Assembly (NCBI GenBank): GCA_051867595.1
Contig: JBJDYS010000001.1
Location: 18,784-82,783, forward strand
Reading direction: 5' to 3'
Length of the DNA stretch: 64,000 bases
Source: Oscillospiraceae bacterium
Lineage (GTDB): Bacteria > Bacillota > Clostridia > Oscillospirales > Oscillospiraceae
Shown: piece by piece, positions 62,438 to 64,000 of the stretch
Numbering within the stretch: the first letter of the stretch is position 1
Layout of the letters: every line of letters starts with the position of its first letter
Notes under the pieces: model-generated
The model's input: the letters and a program-made list of their open reading frames with translations, nothing else
What the model was told of the DNA's origin: nothing
Database searches by the model: none
Made by a program: the position numbers and the translations under genes

Positions 62438-64000
62438 TCAGCTGTCCATCCACTCAGACAGCCGCTCGAAGATCGCCGCGACCTCGGCACGGCTCGCGTA
62501 AGACGTGGGCTTGAAGCTGCCGTCCGTGTAGCCGCTGATGACGCCGATGTTCTTCATCGCGTAGACCGCATCGAGCGCATAGGACGATATGCTGGAGTGG
62601 TCCGTAAACTTGTTGGATGTACTCGTAGACAGCGTCTTGCCGCTGTAATTCTTCAGGTAGCGGTACAGCATGACACAGATGTCCTGCCGGGTGATACTGC
62701 TGTTCGGGGCAAAGGTCGTCGAGGACTGGCCGTTCATGATGCCGTAGATGTACGCCCACTGGGCATAGCCCGTATAGTATGCGCCGTTCGGCAGATCGGT
62801 GAACTTGCCCTCGTACACATACAGGAGCTGCTTGCTTCCGTCGGGCATCCACTTGCGGATATAGCCCTGCGTACTGCTGTACTGAACACGGTACCAGGTA
62901 CCGCCGTCGATGCCGACGGACACCTTGGAGAGGGTCTGCACGTGCTTTCCGCTGCTGCCGGTGAGGGCTTTGACATAGCTCTCATCGTCGGTGGTCGTCG
63001 CGTCGCGGATGCAGATATTGTAGCCGTTCGTGACGCCGAGGACACCCGACCAGTTTTCCAGATCACTCCAGGTCGTTCCCTGCTGCTGTGCAATGAAACG
63101 GCCGAGGACGGTGACAAACATACCGCGGGTCATCTTGGTGTTCGGCGAGAAGGTCGTTTTGGATGTGCCGGAAAACAGGCCGTTCGTATACACAAATGCG
63201 ACATTGCCCGCAAACCACTGCGTACTCACGTCCGTGAAGGGCAGCGAAACGACAAAGCTGGCCGAGATGGTGTGATCGCCGGTGACATTGCTGAAGGTGT
63301 AGCTCGTCACCTTGCCGACGCTCTTGCCGTCCACGAGGACGTCGGAGATCTGGAAGCTGTCCGCAGGCGTTATCTTGAACGTCACGCTCTTGCCGTTAAG
63401 AACGCTGGTCTTTCCGCTCGGCGTGATGGTGCCTCCGCTTCCGGCGCTCGCTGTGATCGTGTAGAAGGTGCCGATCGTAATGTTCAGCTCCGTCACGTCG
63501 CTGTTGAGGCTCGAATTGCTGACCGCGATGGCCTTGATCGTGACGGGCCCGTTGATCTTGATGCCGGCGCTCGTCATCTTCGAGTCCTTGGTCGTCGGGG
63601 TCGTTCCGTCCGTGGTGTAGTAGATCTCGTCCCCGGCGTCGTTCACAAGACGCAGCATCGTGCCGACGGATACTACACTGCCGGAGATGGCGCCGCTCAC
63701 GGCCTCGGCATAGGGCTTCTGCGCCTTCTCCACCGTGACCTCATAGGTCAGGGTGTAGCTTCCGGTATAGGGCTTTCCGCAGACGGCGATGGCCTTGACG
63801 GTCGTCGTGCGCGTCAGGGAAAACGGCCCGGTGTACTTGGTGCTCTTGGTCGTCGGCGTGGTTCCGTCCGTGGTGTAGTAGATGACCGCACCGGAGACGC
63901 TGTGACGCAGCTCCACAACCTTCGCCGTACCGTCGGCGTTCATCGTCATGGAGATGATGGGCGCAGGCGCATAGCCGCTCTCTTCGAGGTTCACAGCCGA
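62438..64000 (-). CDS. Cell-surface protein with three C-terminal SLH domains; 5' end beyond the window
   Basis: Three SLH modules ([26 protein letters not shown]..., [25 protein letters not shown]..., [32 protein letters not shown]...). Also an SH3-like segment and repeated [11 protein letters not shown] modules (chitobiase/hexosaminidase C-terminal-like). The ORF stays open to position 64000. Confidence 0.85.
   Translation of the reverse strand, partial: SAVNLEESGYAPAPIISMTMNADGTAKVVELRHSVSGAVIYYTTDGTTPTTKSTKYTGPFSLTRTTTVKAIAVCGKPYTGSYTLTYEVTVEKAQKPYAEAVSGAISGSVVSVGTMLRLVNDAGDEIYYTTDGTTPTTKDSKMTSAGIKINGPVTIKAIAVSNSSLNSDVTELNITIGTFYTITASAGSGGTITPSGKTSVLNGKSVTFKITPADSFQISDVLVDGKSVGKVTSYTFSNVTGDHTISASFVVSLPFTDVSTQWFAGNVAFVYTNGLFSGTSKTTFSPNTKMTRGMFVTVLGRFIAQQQGTTWSDLENWSGVLGVTNGYNICIRDATTTDDESYVKALTGSSGKHVQTLSKVSVGIDGGTWYRVQYSSTQGYIRKWMPDGSKQLLYVYEGKFTDLPNGAYYTGYAQWAYIYGIMNGQSSTTFAPNSSITRQDICVMLYRYLKNYSGKTLSTSTSNKFTDHSSISSYALDAVYAMKNIGVISGYTDGSFKPTSYASRAEVAAIFERLSEWMDS

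Noticed and set aside
1-64000. Scan for CRISPR arrays, tRNA/rRNA genes, IS elements, integrases, toxin-antitoxin pairs, restriction-modification or other defence systems.
   Set aside because: None seen. I found no regularly spaced direct repeats, no cloverleaf-like segments in intergenic regions, and no transposase- or recombinase-like ORFs. The only compositionally foreign segment is the single CPBP gene.

Overview
This is a 64-kb chromosomal core segment from a high-GC, endospore-forming Firmicute. The gene content looks Clostridia/Oscillospiraceae-like, but that taxonomic guess is inference only. I support about 62 protein-coding genes and found no rRNA, tRNA, CRISPR array, IS element or prophage. 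Left to right: (1) a minus-strand housekeeping and sporulation block, tlyA-dxs-ispA-xseB-xseA-nusB-asp23 preceded by a complete, tightly overlapping spoIIIAA-AH operon. (2) A plus-strand run: a heterodimeric ABC exporter pair, a Nudix-like gene, UDG, DUF2156 and GNAT genes, then a Cthe_2159-like secreted beta-helix protein, a cytoplasmic molybdopterin oxidoreductase, and a DUF4430/ECF-S/TIGR01440 cluster. (3) An AT-rich single-gene CPBP islet. (4) hslO, a 976-aa secreted protein of unknown function, a thioesterase, plsY-der and rpmF-yceD. (5) rlu, potABCD behind a long structured leader, an oversized RND transporter, thrH and a tandem-domain secreted protein. (6) pyrG-glmS-purB-purA-nadE-fumarase-malic enzyme. 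(7) A translational GTPase fused to a NYN nuclease, followed by a ylmH-like gene. (8) spoVAD/AE, a Big_2 protein, ypeB, gltX, trpS, three small overlapping ORFs and a partial SLH surface protein. Most of the window is ordinary housekeeping. The four points I would follow up are the TetM/EF-G-like GTPase::YacP(Rae1)-type NYN fusion next to a YlmH-like S4 protein, the RND pump with a ~330-aa coiled-coil hairpin insertion and no partner genes, the ~460-nt promoter-to-terminator leader ahead of potA, and the AT-rich CPBP islet. All calls rest on reading the sequence and translations plus remembered family motifs. No database search was run.
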